This document shows, in pieces, positions 41,088 to 49,196 of a DNA stretch of 64,000 bases. Source of the stretch: a bacterium. Its GTDB lineage: Bacteria; Myxococcota_A; UBA9160; UBA6930. The DNA lies in assembly GCA_024228115.1 (NCBI GenBank), contig JAAETT010000050.1:16750-80749 (forward strand). The letters run 5' to 3'. The translations under genes were made by a program, and so were the position numbers. The stretch's first letter is position 1. Each line of letters begins with the position of its first letter. Under the pieces are notes generated by a model, which was not told where the DNA came from, did no database searches, and was given only the letters and a program-made list of their open reading frames with translations.

Positions 41088-43403
41088 ATGAGCCAACAGG
41101 GCCGGAACCTCGCTCAGATCCTCCAGGACAAGAACACCTGGTGGGTGCATTTCTTGATCGTTGCCGCGATCTGCGCTGCGGGATTGATCTATCTCGGCAC
41201 GCAGACCTACGTGGGCGCACCGCCGCTGGAGTCTTACAAGACGGCCAGCGGGGAGACGGTGATCTCGCGTGAGCAGATCAAACACGGGCAGGAGGTGTTC
41301 CACCTCAGGGGCCTGATGGGTTACGGCTCGTTCTGGGGCGACGGAGCGGAACGTGGGCCGGACTTCACTGCGGATGCTCTGCACCGGACGGTTGTCTCGA
41401 TGCGGTCGTTCTATGAAGCCGAGTTGGGCGGTACTGTCAGCCAGTACGACAAGGATGCGATCGAGGCGCGGGTTCGCCGAGAGATTCATACGAACACCTG
41501 GGACGAGAGCGCCGGTCATATCCTCATCAGCGATGCCCAGACCAAGGCGTTCGAGGATCTGGTTGTTCATTTCACGGCGATGTTCAACGATCCGACGTAT
41601 GAAGAATCCTTTGAGCCGGCTGGCTTCATCTCCGACCCCGACGATCTTCGGGATCTGTCCGCCTTCTTCTTCTGGGGCGGTTGGGTCTCCGGGGCGAATC
41701 GACCGGGTGAGATCTACAGCTACACGCACAACTGGCCGTATGATCCCGACGCTGGCAACACGGCCACGAGCCAGACCTGGATCTGGAGTTTCATTTCGAT
41801 CTTTGGACTGTTCCTGGGAATCCTGGCGGTCCTGTACGTGTACGGGCAATTCAAGGAGCAAGGGGATCCGTTCGCGGGGAACGGGACGTCGCTGACCACG
41901 AACGACCTGGAGGAGGGACGCGTACGTGCCACGCAGCGGGCCACGTACAAGTTCTTCGTGTTCTCGATCATCCTGTTCGGGTGTCAGGTCCTGGCCGGTG
42001 TGTTCGCCTCGATGGACTTCGTGCGTCCGTTCGGGTTCTCTCTCGGGGACATCATTCCGTTCACGGTGTTGCGCAGCTATCACACACTGTTCCAGATCTA
42101 TTGGTTCTTCATGGCATGGGTCGGTTATACGATCTTCTTCCTGCCCCGGATCTCGAGGGTTCCGGACGGGCAGCTAGCCCTGATCAACGGGCTGTTTGCG
42201 CTGTGTATCGTCACAGGTGTGGGCGCGCTGGTGGGCATCTATGCCGGCCAGACGGGCATGATCACCGGTGCGACCGCGTACTGGTTCGGGAGCCAGGGCT
42301 GGGAGTTCATGGAGATCGGTCGAGCCTTCCAGTACACGCTGCTGACCTCGTTCGCTCTCTGGATCTACATCATCTTCCGCGCCGTGAGGCCGTGGCTGAC
42401 GACCAAGAACATCTGGTCCGTTCCCGCGTGGCTGCTCTACGGCAGTGGGATCATGGTCGCGTTCTTGTTCTTCGGGCTGATGATTTCGCCGGAGCAGAAC
42501 TTTGCGGTTTCGGACTACTGGCGCTGGATGGTCGTGCACATGTGGGTGGAGGTCACCTTCGAGGTGTTCACGACGGTGATCGTCGGGTACATCCTGGTGC
42601 AGATGGGCCTCATCTCACGGATGATGGCTGAGCGGGTCATCTTCCTGGCCGTGATGATGTTCCTGGTCACCGCGACGCTCGGCATTTCGCACAACTTCTA
42701 CTGGATCGCGAAGCCGACGGGAATCATCGCCGTGGGAGGCGTCTTCTCGACACTTCAGGTGCTGCCGCTGCTCTTGCTGACACTCGATGCCTGGCGAGGA
42801 AAGTCGGAAGCGGGTCGGGCCCAGAAGCATGTGGTCGCAGGAAGACAGGCCTTCTTGATGGAAGGCGTCTGGCTGTTCATCCTGGCCGTCAACTTCTGGA
42901 ACATCTTTGGAGCGGGAGTATTTGGCTCGCTCATCAACCTTCCCATCGTCAACTACTACGAGCACGGCACCTACATGACGGGCAACCATGCTCATGCCGC
43001 CATGTTCGGGGTGAAGGGAAACATCGCCCTCGGCGGGATGCTGTTCTGCATTCAGCATCTGATCCGGAAAGAAGCCTGGAACGAGCAGTTGGTCAAGCGA
43101 GCCTTCTGGTCGCTGCAGCTTGGATTGGCGTTGATGATGTTCCTCGATCTGTTCCCGGTCGGGATGTACCAGCTCATGATCGTGGTCCAGGAAGGGCTCT
43201 GGTTCGCCCGCTCCCAGGAGATCCTGACCGGAAGCGTGTGGAAGGTCCTGACCTACTTCCGCTCGATCGGAGGGACCCTGTTCATCGTGGGTGGCGTGTT
43301 GCCTCTGATCTACTTCTTCCTGAAGAGCGGCCTCGAGCTCAAAGCCGAAGCGGATTCGGACGAAGGCGAGTGGACCGTCTACGAGAAGGATTGGGCGGCC
43401 TGA
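41088..43403 (+). CDS. nod: Atypical qNor-family haem-copper oxidase with Nod-type (putative nitric oxide dismutase) substitutions
   Basis: 771 aa with qNor architecture and no CxxCH. Haem His residues are retained (His484 in HMWVE; NHAH). However the HH pair is HN (GISHNFYW, His535-Asn536), the LEV Glu is Gln (STLQVLPL, Gln557), the C-terminal GD is GG (RSIGGTLF), and the periplasmic motif is YTHNWPYDP. The canonical paralogue at 56935..59268 has GTFHHLYF, SALEVVPL, LVGDTIF and YTNNWPHEP. Confidence 0.85.
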   Translation: MSQQGRNLAQILQDKNTWWVHFLIVAAICAAGLIYLGTQTYVGAPPLESYKTASGETVISREQIKHGQEVFHLRGLMGYGSFWGDGAERGPDFTADALHRTVVSMRSFYEAELGGTVSQYDKDAIEARVRREIHTNTWDESAGHILISDAQTKAFEDLVVHFTAMFNDPTYEESFEPAGFISDPDDLRDLSAFFFWGGWVSGANRPGEIYSYTHNWPYDPDAGNTATSQTWIWSFISIFGLFLGILAVLYVYGQFKEQGDPFAGNGTSLTTNDLEEGRVRATQRATYKFFVFSIILFGCQVLAGVFASMDFVRPFGFSLGDIIPFTVLRSYHTLFQIYWFFMAWVGYTIFFLPRISRVPDGQLALINGLFALCIVTGVGALVGIYAGQTGMITGATAYWFGSQGWEFMEIGRAFQYTLLTSFALWIYIIFRAVRPWLTTKNIWSVPAWLLYGSGIMVAFLFFGLMISPEQNFAVSDYWRWMVVHMWVEVTFEVFTTVIVGYILVQMGLISRMMAERVIFLAVMMFLVTATLGISHNFYWIAKPTGIIAVGGVFSTLQVLPLLLLTLDAWRGKSEAGRAQKHVVAGRQAFLMEGVWLFILAVNFWNIFGAGVFGSLINLPIVNYYEHGTYMTGNHAHAAMFGVKGNIALGGMLFCIQHLIRKEAWNEQLVKRAFWSLQLGLALMMFLDLFPVGMYQLMIVVQEGLWFARSQEILTGSVWKVLTYFRSIGGTLFIVGGVLPLIYFFLKSGLELKAEADSDEGEWTVYEKDWAA

Positions 43404-43533
43404 GCCTCATCCCGAACTCCGGTCCAACCCGCGGGGTGTGGGGTGGACGGTACCGGGAGGAATGGACGAGCGGCTCCGCCGGCTCCCAGGGGAGTCGGCG
43501 GAGCCGACGGTCGGCAGGGTCTCGAGGCAGATC

Positions 43534-43713
43534 ATGACAACGGAAGCGAACGGATCGGTCCGGAAGCCCGCCATCGTGACAGCTGTGGAGGACGGCGCGG
43601 TAGTCGCGCAGAACACGACCGCCCAGCACGGTCGCCTCAGCCGCGTTCCCATCGAGAACCACTCGATCTGCGTTCCGAACGCTGGAGCGGCACCCCCGCC
43701 GAAGGGCAGGTAG
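43534..43713 (+). CDS. Possible 59-codon ORF with a PAS-N-cap-like sequence (may be a gene remnant)
   Basis: GC3-rich codons, GAGG 6 nt before the ATG. PAIVTAVEDGAVVAQNTTA resembles PSVVIAQKDGTVVSQNTPA of the LuxR regulator at 51733. Ends at a TAG 24 nt before hemA, in the same frame as hemA. Confidence 0.3.
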   Translation: MTTEANGSVRKPAIVTAVEDGAVVAQNTTAQHGRLSRVPIENHSICVPNAGAAPPPKGR

Positions 43714-43737
43714 CTTCCGACGGGCCGCGAGCAGCGG

Positions 43738-45105
43738 ATGCTCAGGCTGCTCGCCGACGGCGAGAGCCCGACGGCGAAGATCCTGCTCCTCGGAATGAAC
43801 GACCGCACGGCTTCGATCGAGGTGCGGGAGCGCTTCGCCGTGAGCGACCCCGCGGCGGCGCTGCACGAACTCGCGAAGAGTGACGAGATCGAGGAGGCGA
43901 TGCTGCTCTCGACCTGCAACCGGGTCGAGATCGTCGTGACCACGCACCAACCGGCGGCGGCGAGTCGTCGCCTGCTGCACTTCCTGCAGCACGACCTGGG
44001 CTCGGGTGCGCTGCCGCCCGGTATGTCGTTGGAGGACTGCACGTACCGGTACCAGGACGGCGAGGCGGTCGCGCACGTGTTCCGGGTTGCTTCGTCGATC
44101 GATTCGATGGTCGTAGGCGAGCCTCAGATCCTGGGTCAGGTCAAAGACGCCTACGGCCTCGCCAGCGAGGCGGGTTTCTGTGGTCCGCTGCTCGCGCGGC
44201 TATATCAGCGCGCATTCGCGACAGCGAAGCGCGTCAAGAACGAGACACGGATCGGGGAACGTCCGGTATCGGTCCCCCGCGTCGCCGTGAGGCTTGCTAG
44301 CAAGATCTTTGAAGAGCTGAGCGACAAGACCGCGCTGCTGATTGGCGCGGGCGACATGATCGAGCTCGCCCTGGAGTCGCTCCAGCGGGAAGGGCTGGCA
44401 GCCGTACGCATCGCAAATCGCACTCGCAACAACGCCGCTGCCCTGGCCAGGCGTTTCGATGCGAGCGCGCATGGGTTCGAGGAACTCGACGATCTGCTCG
44501 TGGAAGCGGATGTCGTCCTGAGCTGTATCGGTGGAGATGTCCCCCTGCTAGGCAGCGATCAGGTGGCGCGGGCGCTCGGGGCCCGCCAGGCGCGACCGGT
44601 GTTCTTCATCGACATCGGCGTTCCGCGCAACGTCGATCCCGAAGTGAATCGCCTGGAGAACGCCTATCTCTACGACCTCGACGACCTGCGGGACATCGCG
44701 GCCACCAACGCCGAGGAGCGTAGGCGTGAGGGCGACAGGGCCGAGGAGATCGTTCTAGAGGAACAGCTGGGCTTCGACGGCTGGCTGACGGCGCTGCAGG
44801 CAGTTCCGACGATCCGCGATCTGCAGAGCCGGGGCGAGGAGATCCGCGTGGGCGCGGTCGAACGCGCCGCCAGCCGCCTGGGACTCGACGACATGCCGGA
44901 AGAGCAGAGAGAGGCGCTCGACGCGCTCACGCGTTCGATCGTCAACAAGCTCCTACACGGTCCAATGGCGCGTCTGCGGGGGGAAACGGGCCACGAAGAG
45001 GGTGTGGCGATGCTCAAGGCCACGCGGGCTCTCTTCGGACTCGACGATCGGGAAGCGGAAGACACCGCGCTCGCTACTGCCAGGCGAGGGTCAGCCCTGC
45101 GATGA
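43738..45105 (+). CDS. hemA: Glutamyl-tRNA reductase HemA
   Basis: N-terminal LLLGMNDRTASIEVRERF, catalytic STCNRVE, NADPH-binding LLIGAGDM, dimerisation helix. Confidence 0.9.
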   Translation: MLRLLADGESPTAKILLLGMNDRTASIEVRERFAVSDPAAALHELAKSDEIEEAMLLSTCNRVEIVVTTHQPAAASRRLLHFLQHDLGSGALPPGMSLEDCTYRYQDGEAVAHVFRVASSIDSMVVGEPQILGQVKDAYGLASEAGFCGPLLARLYQRAFATAKRVKNETRIGERPVSVPRVAVRLASKIFEELSDKTALLIGAGDMIELALESLQREGLAAVRIANRTRNNAAALARRFDASAHGFEELDDLLVEADVVLSCIGGDVPLLGSDQVARALGARQARPVFFIDIGVPRNVDPEVNRLENAYLYDLDDLRDIAATNAEERRREGDRAEEIVLEEQLGFDGWLTALQAVPTIRDLQSRGEEIRVGAVERAASRLGLDDMPEEQREALDALTRSIVNKLLHGPMARLRGETGHEEGVAMLKATRALFGLDDREAEDTALATARRGSALR

Positions 45106-45780
45106 GGTTGACGGCTTGGGTGCTCCAGCTGGGCCGTCGGCCGAGCCGGACTCGAAGCGGATCGCCTCCCAGGCAAACTGGACCGCCTGACGCAGGCGCT
45201 GCTCGATGGGGTAGTGGGAATCGGCGAGCCAGTTGGTAATCGCGGCGTTGAGGATGCCGACCACCATCTCTGCCAGGAAGGCCGCGTCCTGATCGCGGCG
45301 CACATCGCCCCGCTCCTGGCCCTCACGCAGCATCGCGGCGAAGGGTTCGTGGATGCGCCCCACGTAGGGGGGCTGCTGTCCCGGCTCGGATTCGGTGCGC
45401 ACCAGCTCCAGCAACACGTCCCGGGCGAGGTCTCGCGTCTCGGCGATCTGGTCCGCCGCGTTGGCCACGAAGCCTATGAGGCGATCGTGGGTCGACTCGG
45501 CGGCTTTGAGCTCATCCTCGAGCATGAGTCCGACGACGTCGAGAATGTCTGTGGTCATATGCCCCAACAGGGCACTCTTGCTCTGGAAATGGTTGAAGAA
45601 CGTCGCCGGCGCGATATCCGCGGCTTCGGCGATCTGGTTCACCGTGGTGCGCTCGAAGCCCTGGCTGCGGAACAGACCCACGGCTGCGTTGTAGATGCGC
45701 AGCCGCCGCTCGCGCTTCCGCTTCTCAAGCCGCCCTTCCGGCGCCGGCTCTGCCATGGGATCCACCTCCACCAGGGGCAT
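45091..45780 (-). CDS. TetR/AcrR family transcriptional regulator
   Basis: HTH block RLRIYNAAVGLFRSQGFERTTVNQIAEAADIAPATFFNHF. Converges on and overlaps the hemA 3' end by 15 nt. Confidence 0.85.
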   Translation of the reverse strand: MPLVEVDPMAEPAPEGRLEKRKRERRLRIYNAAVGLFRSQGFERTTVNQIAEAADIAPATFFNHFQSKSALLGHMTTDILDVVGLMLEDELKAAESTHDRLIGFVANAADQIAETRDLARDVLLELVRTESEPGQQPPYVGRIHEPFAAMLREGQERGDVRRDQDAAFLAEMVVGILNAAITNWLADSHYPIEQRLRQAVQFAWEAIRFESGSADGPAGAPKPSTSSQG

Positions 45781-45857
45781 CCTACTACATCAAGCTACCC
45801 AGTTCGACCGGCGGAGACATGGATCCGGCAGGTCGCCGCCAACGCATCTAACTGAAA

Positions 45858-45879
45858 TCAATAGGAATTTTCCGATTGA
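45858..45879. promoter_or_regulatory. Candidate TetR operator (10-2-10 inverted repeat, one mismatch)
   Basis: TCAATAGGAAttTTCCGATTGA, in the AT-rich divergent region between the TetR gene (45780) and the ferredoxin gene (46012). Confidence 0.35.
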
Positions 45880-46011
45880 GGAAATTTGTTGGCATATCAT
45901 CCAAAATTGGGTTCGACTCTAATACTGGGGTGCTATACAGTACTGGAGGCCGCCCGAGTCGGGGCAAAGTCCCTGAGTTCGCGGCGCTCCCCCAGGCTGA
46001 GAGGTTCTTGC

Positions 46012-46317
46012 ATGCGGCGTCGTTTCGAAGTGGTCGAGGAGGAGTGCATCGGCTGCGCGTTGTGCTCGGAACGGGCCCCCGAGAATCTCGAAATCCCCGC
46101 TGGCACGTCCATCGCCCGGGTCTTCAAGCAGCCCCAGACCCCAGCGGAAGAGGAGGCTTGCGCCGAGGCTTCGGACTACTGCCCCATCGGCGGGCTCCAA
46201 GCGAACGCCGCTGATTCCCCGTCCGCCGATTCCTCCCAGGGCGATGCCCAGGGGACGCTCATTCCGGCTGGAGACTCCACGCCGGTCGGTATCACGTCAG
46301 CAACACTGGAGAAATGA
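46012..46317 (+). CDS. Small ferredoxin (single Cys-cluster type) with an acidic/Ser-rich tail
   Basis: CIGCALCSERAP ... CP motif; lies 3 nt upstream of the di-iron protein gene. Confidence 0.7.
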   Translation: MRRRFEVVEEECIGCALCSERAPENLEIPAGTSIARVFKQPQTPAEEEACAEASDYCPIGGLQANAADSPSADSSQGDAQGTLIPAGDSTPVGITSATLEK

Positions 46318-46320
46318 CAC

Positions 46321-47286
46321 ATGAGCTTCGAGACGATCGATACTACGGTCCAGGCGCTTTGGCGCTTCGACTATGACACGAACATCAAGGCGCTTCGCGA
46401 TCTCTATGAGGTGGCCAAGAAGGAGCAGTGGAACGCCGCGCTGGACATCCCTTGGGAGATCGAGACCGACCCGAGCCAGATCGGCGACATGAGCGCTCAG
46501 TTCGCCGAGCCGTACGATTTCGTCAAGGCGCTCCCGATGGAGAAGCAGATCGAACTCTCGAAGCGGCGCTCGGCCCACCTGCTGTCGACTTTCCTGCACG
46601 GTGAGCAGGGTGCGATGATGATCTGCGGGCAGCTCGTGGAGGTCGTGCCGGACATGGACGGCAAACTCTACGCGTCCACGCAGGTGATCGACGAGGCCCG
46701 TCACGTCGAGGTCTTCCACCGCTACATCCAACGCCTGGACCGCATCTACCCGATCATGCCCGGGCTGAAGGCGTTGCTCAACGCGGTACTCACGGCGGAT
46801 CTCTGGCAGATGAAGTGCGTCGGCATGCAGGTCATCGCGGAGAGCCTGGCCATGGGATCCTTCAAGATCATGAAGGAAATCACGGGGGACGAGGTCTTTC
46901 GCAAGATCCTGGAGCTCACCTCCCAGGACGAGGCGCGGCACGTGTCCTACGGGCTGATCTACATGAAGGACGCGATCCCGAAGATGAACGAGCCCGACCG
47001 CGACCGCCTGGAGGACTTTGCCTGGACGGCGATGACGCTGCTCGCGACGACCCCACAGATGGAAAAGGGCAAGGCGTGGGTCGATCCCATGGAGGAGATC
47101 TACGCCTCTGTTGGGGTCGATCCCAAGAAAGCGTCCAGCGAGATCGCCTCGAGGTTGAGCGACCCGGAGACGGCCAAGTCTCAGCCGAATCCCTTCCGCG
47201 AGTATGCCTTCCCGCAGCTCCAGCGCGTCGGTCTGATCACCGACCGCACGATCTCGAAGTATCGCGAGGTGGGCCTGGCGGACTGA
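46321..47286 (+). CDS. Ferritin-like di-iron carboxylate protein (putative oxygenase/oxidase, AurF/R2-like superfamily)
   Basis: Two E...ExxH halves: HGEQGA ... DEARHVEVF and IAESLA ... QDEARHVSY. 321 aa. Confidence 0.7.
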   Translation: MSFETIDTTVQALWRFDYDTNIKALRDLYEVAKKEQWNAALDIPWEIETDPSQIGDMSAQFAEPYDFVKALPMEKQIELSKRRSAHLLSTFLHGEQGAMMICGQLVEVVPDMDGKLYASTQVIDEARHVEVFHRYIQRLDRIYPIMPGLKALLNAVLTADLWQMKCVGMQVIAESLAMGSFKIMKEITGDEVFRKILELTSQDEARHVSYGLIYMKDAIPKMNEPDRDRLEDFAWTAMTLLATTPQMEKGKAWVDPMEEIYASVGVDPKKASSEIASRLSDPETAKSQPNPFREYAFPQLQRVGLITDRTISKYREVGLAD

Positions 47287-47742
47287 GAACCGTCCTCTCC
47301 GAACAAGAGCCCGGTCGATGTGTGCGGGCGCCTAGAGCGCCTGCACGCAGAGGACCGAACACCGCGAGCTGCCCTCGAGGAATCTCCGGCTTGGCCTCCG
47401 CAGGGATGCCGGCTTCAGCAGCCGGTTCTGCCAGCGTCTGTTCTACTCGTCTCCACGGCTTCTTGACCGGTGCAGGGCAGGGTGAAGGAGTGGGGGCCCC
47501 GGCTCAACGAAATACACCGAGGTCTCGGCCAAGGAAGAAGAGGGCGATTGCGATCGCCGGACCGGCTGTGACAAGAAACATGACCACGGTGATCTTCACC
47601 CAGAATCGCCAGTCGTCGGCCGGTCTCTCGATAAAGGAGTACAGTACCCGGACGCCGAATTCCTCGAGCCTCGCCAAGGCTGGCTTCCGGCGCTCCTTCG
47701 TGGTTCTCTTGGATGTTTTTTTCGGATGTGTGAGTTTCGCCA

Positions 47743-48093
47743 ATGCTGAAGTACTACGCGTTTCTATTTCTGATCTTGGGAATAGCTCTGTTCTACGTCT
47801 ATGTGAAGGACCCTTGCAATAGACAGTTGAGGATGGATTTCGCAGACCAGCATCCAAGCTACGAGATCTTGGATTCCGGCGCTCTAGAAGGATCTCCGGA
47901 AACTGTCCGCTGTCAGGTCTCCTATCGGAAGCCCGATGCTGAACAGGTGTACAAAGACATCTGGCTGTATCAACACTCAAAACAAGGTTGGGAATTCTCT
48001 AGAATCCTCGGGACTCGCGAGGCAGGACAGGCGGGCCAAGGTGACGATCCACGCCCTCGAAACGACGACCAAGCGGCGTCTCCACGGTCGTGA
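47743..48093 (+). CDS. Hypothetical small membrane-anchored protein in a low-GC islet
   Basis: N-terminal TM (YYAFLFLILGIALFYVYV) plus an approximately 70-aa domain and a low-complexity tail. Local composition is clearly AT-richer than the flanks. Confidence 0.45.
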   Translation: MLKYYAFLFLILGIALFYVYVKDPCNRQLRMDFADQHPSYEILDSGALEGSPETVRCQVSYRKPDAEQVYKDIWLYQHSKQGWEFSRILGTREAGQAGQGDDPRPRNDDQAASPRS

Positions 48094-48141
48094 CCACGGG
48101 AGCCAGGCTGCACCGGGGAGATTCCTGGTGTTGGCAGGGAT

Positions 48142-48591
48142 TCAGTACTCGATCAGCTTCGCGAGGATCTCCGCCCAATCGGCAGTGAGGGCCCGCTCCG
48201 CCATGGGGTAGAGCATCTGCTCTTCCTTCTGATTGTGCTGTTGGATCAGCATCAACAGGGTATCCCCGAGATCGACGAGTTCGTCGTAGTCGTCCCCGTC
48301 CGCTGCAATGCCCATTTGCTCGATGAGCCCGCGCATCTGGTCATGCTCGGATCTCATCATGAAGGTGGGGCCGGCCTGAGTCATGCCGCTTGCCTGCTCG
48401 AAGGCCGGGAACATCACCTCCTCCTCCATCCGGAGATGCCGCAGCATCTGGCTCTGGAATGTGCGCCACCTCTCCTTCTCAAGCTCCACATCGCCGGCCT
48501 GCACTGCGGCCTCGACCTCGGCCCACTTCTCGTCGCAGCGACGGTGGTCGAGCGTGAAGAACTGCTGCAGGCTCAGACTGGTGTCGGACAT
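48142..48591 (-). CDS. Hemerythrin (HHE cation-binding) domain protein, NorA/DnrN-like
   Basis: Repeated H...E motifs (HRRCDEKW, HLRMEEEVMFP, SEHDQM, QHNQKEEQMLYP). Start MSDTSL at 48591 with a GAGGAA SD. Confidence 0.8.
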   Translation of the reverse strand: MSDTSLSLQQFFTLDHRRCDEKWAEVEAAVQAGDVELEKERWRTFQSQMLRHLRMEEEVMFPAFEQASGMTQAGPTFMMRSEHDQMRGLIEQMGIAADGDDYDELVDLGDTLLMLIQQHNQKEEQMLYPMAERALTADWAEILAKLIEY

Positions 48592-48683
48592 CCGGTTGTT
48601 TCCTCGTGGTGGCACGAGATCACCCGAGGTATGGGCAATCCCAGAAAATGCGTTCGTAGCAGTGTGCTAAGCAACCTGCCAGG

Positions 48684-49193
48684 ATGGCTCACCAGGGAAG
48701 AGACAACGCGCGCAGCACATCGATGCAACAACGGGGGCAGCGCGAATCGGGAGTCCAGAGGATCTGCCATTGCCGCTTCGACAGCGATGCGCCCGAATCT
48801 GTGCACGCGGTCGTCACGCACCAGCTGCAGGCGCTTCCGGAAGGCGGCATTCTCGAAGTGGAGTTGGGCTTCGATGCGTCGGGCCTTCTCGCTGAGTTCA
48901 CCGAGCACGGCGTTCATGCCCAGCTCGAAAAGATTGCGCGTCGCCGCTGGATGCTGCTGCTCCAGCCTCCGGGCGATCGCGAGCTGATGGATCTCTGTGA
49001 CCTCGAGGCCCCGCTGCCGATGGAGCAGGTCCTCGAGGCGGCGGCCGCGCTGCGGCCGGGTGAGGCGCTGATCGCCCGCACGCCCTGCTTCCCTCGTCCG
49101 CTGTTGGCCCAGCTCGATCGCCGGGAGCTGGACTGGGAGGCAGCCGAGGCGGCCGATACGAGCGGGCTCGTCTGGGTCGGAAGACCGGGCTGA
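48684..49193 (+). CDS. Tandem DUF2249-like (TusA/SirA-like fold) protein
   Basis: The second half, LDLEAPLPMEQVLEAAAALRPGEALIARTPCFPRPLLAQLDRRELDWE, fits my memory of the DUF2249 pattern. Divergent from the hemerythrin gene. Start uncertain. Confidence 0.6.
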   Translation: MAHQGRDNARSTSMQQRGQRESGVQRICHCRFDSDAPESVHAVVTHQLQALPEGGILEVELGFDASGLLAEFTEHGVHAQLEKIARRRWMLLLQPPGDRELMDLCDLEAPLPMEQVLEAAAALRPGEALIARTPCFPRPLLAQLDRRELDWEAAEAADTSGLVWVGRPG

Positions 49194-49196
49194 AGA

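Noticed and set aside
43711-43713. TAG read-through fusing the 59-codon PAS-like ORF to HemA
   Set aside because: The same-frame arrangement has a one in three chance. HemA has its own conserved N-terminus starting shortly after 43738, and there are no recoding signals.
47504-47980. 158-aa minus-strand ORF overlapping the small + strand ORF in the low-GC islet
   Set aside because: Its N-terminal two thirds are a shadow of the + strand ORF. Only the last approximately 58 codons (…LEEFGVRVLYSFIERPADDWRFWVKITVVMFLVTAGPAIAIALFFLG…) look protein-like. The only in-frame starts there are a TTG or CTG with a poorly spaced SD. This is too uncertain to call.
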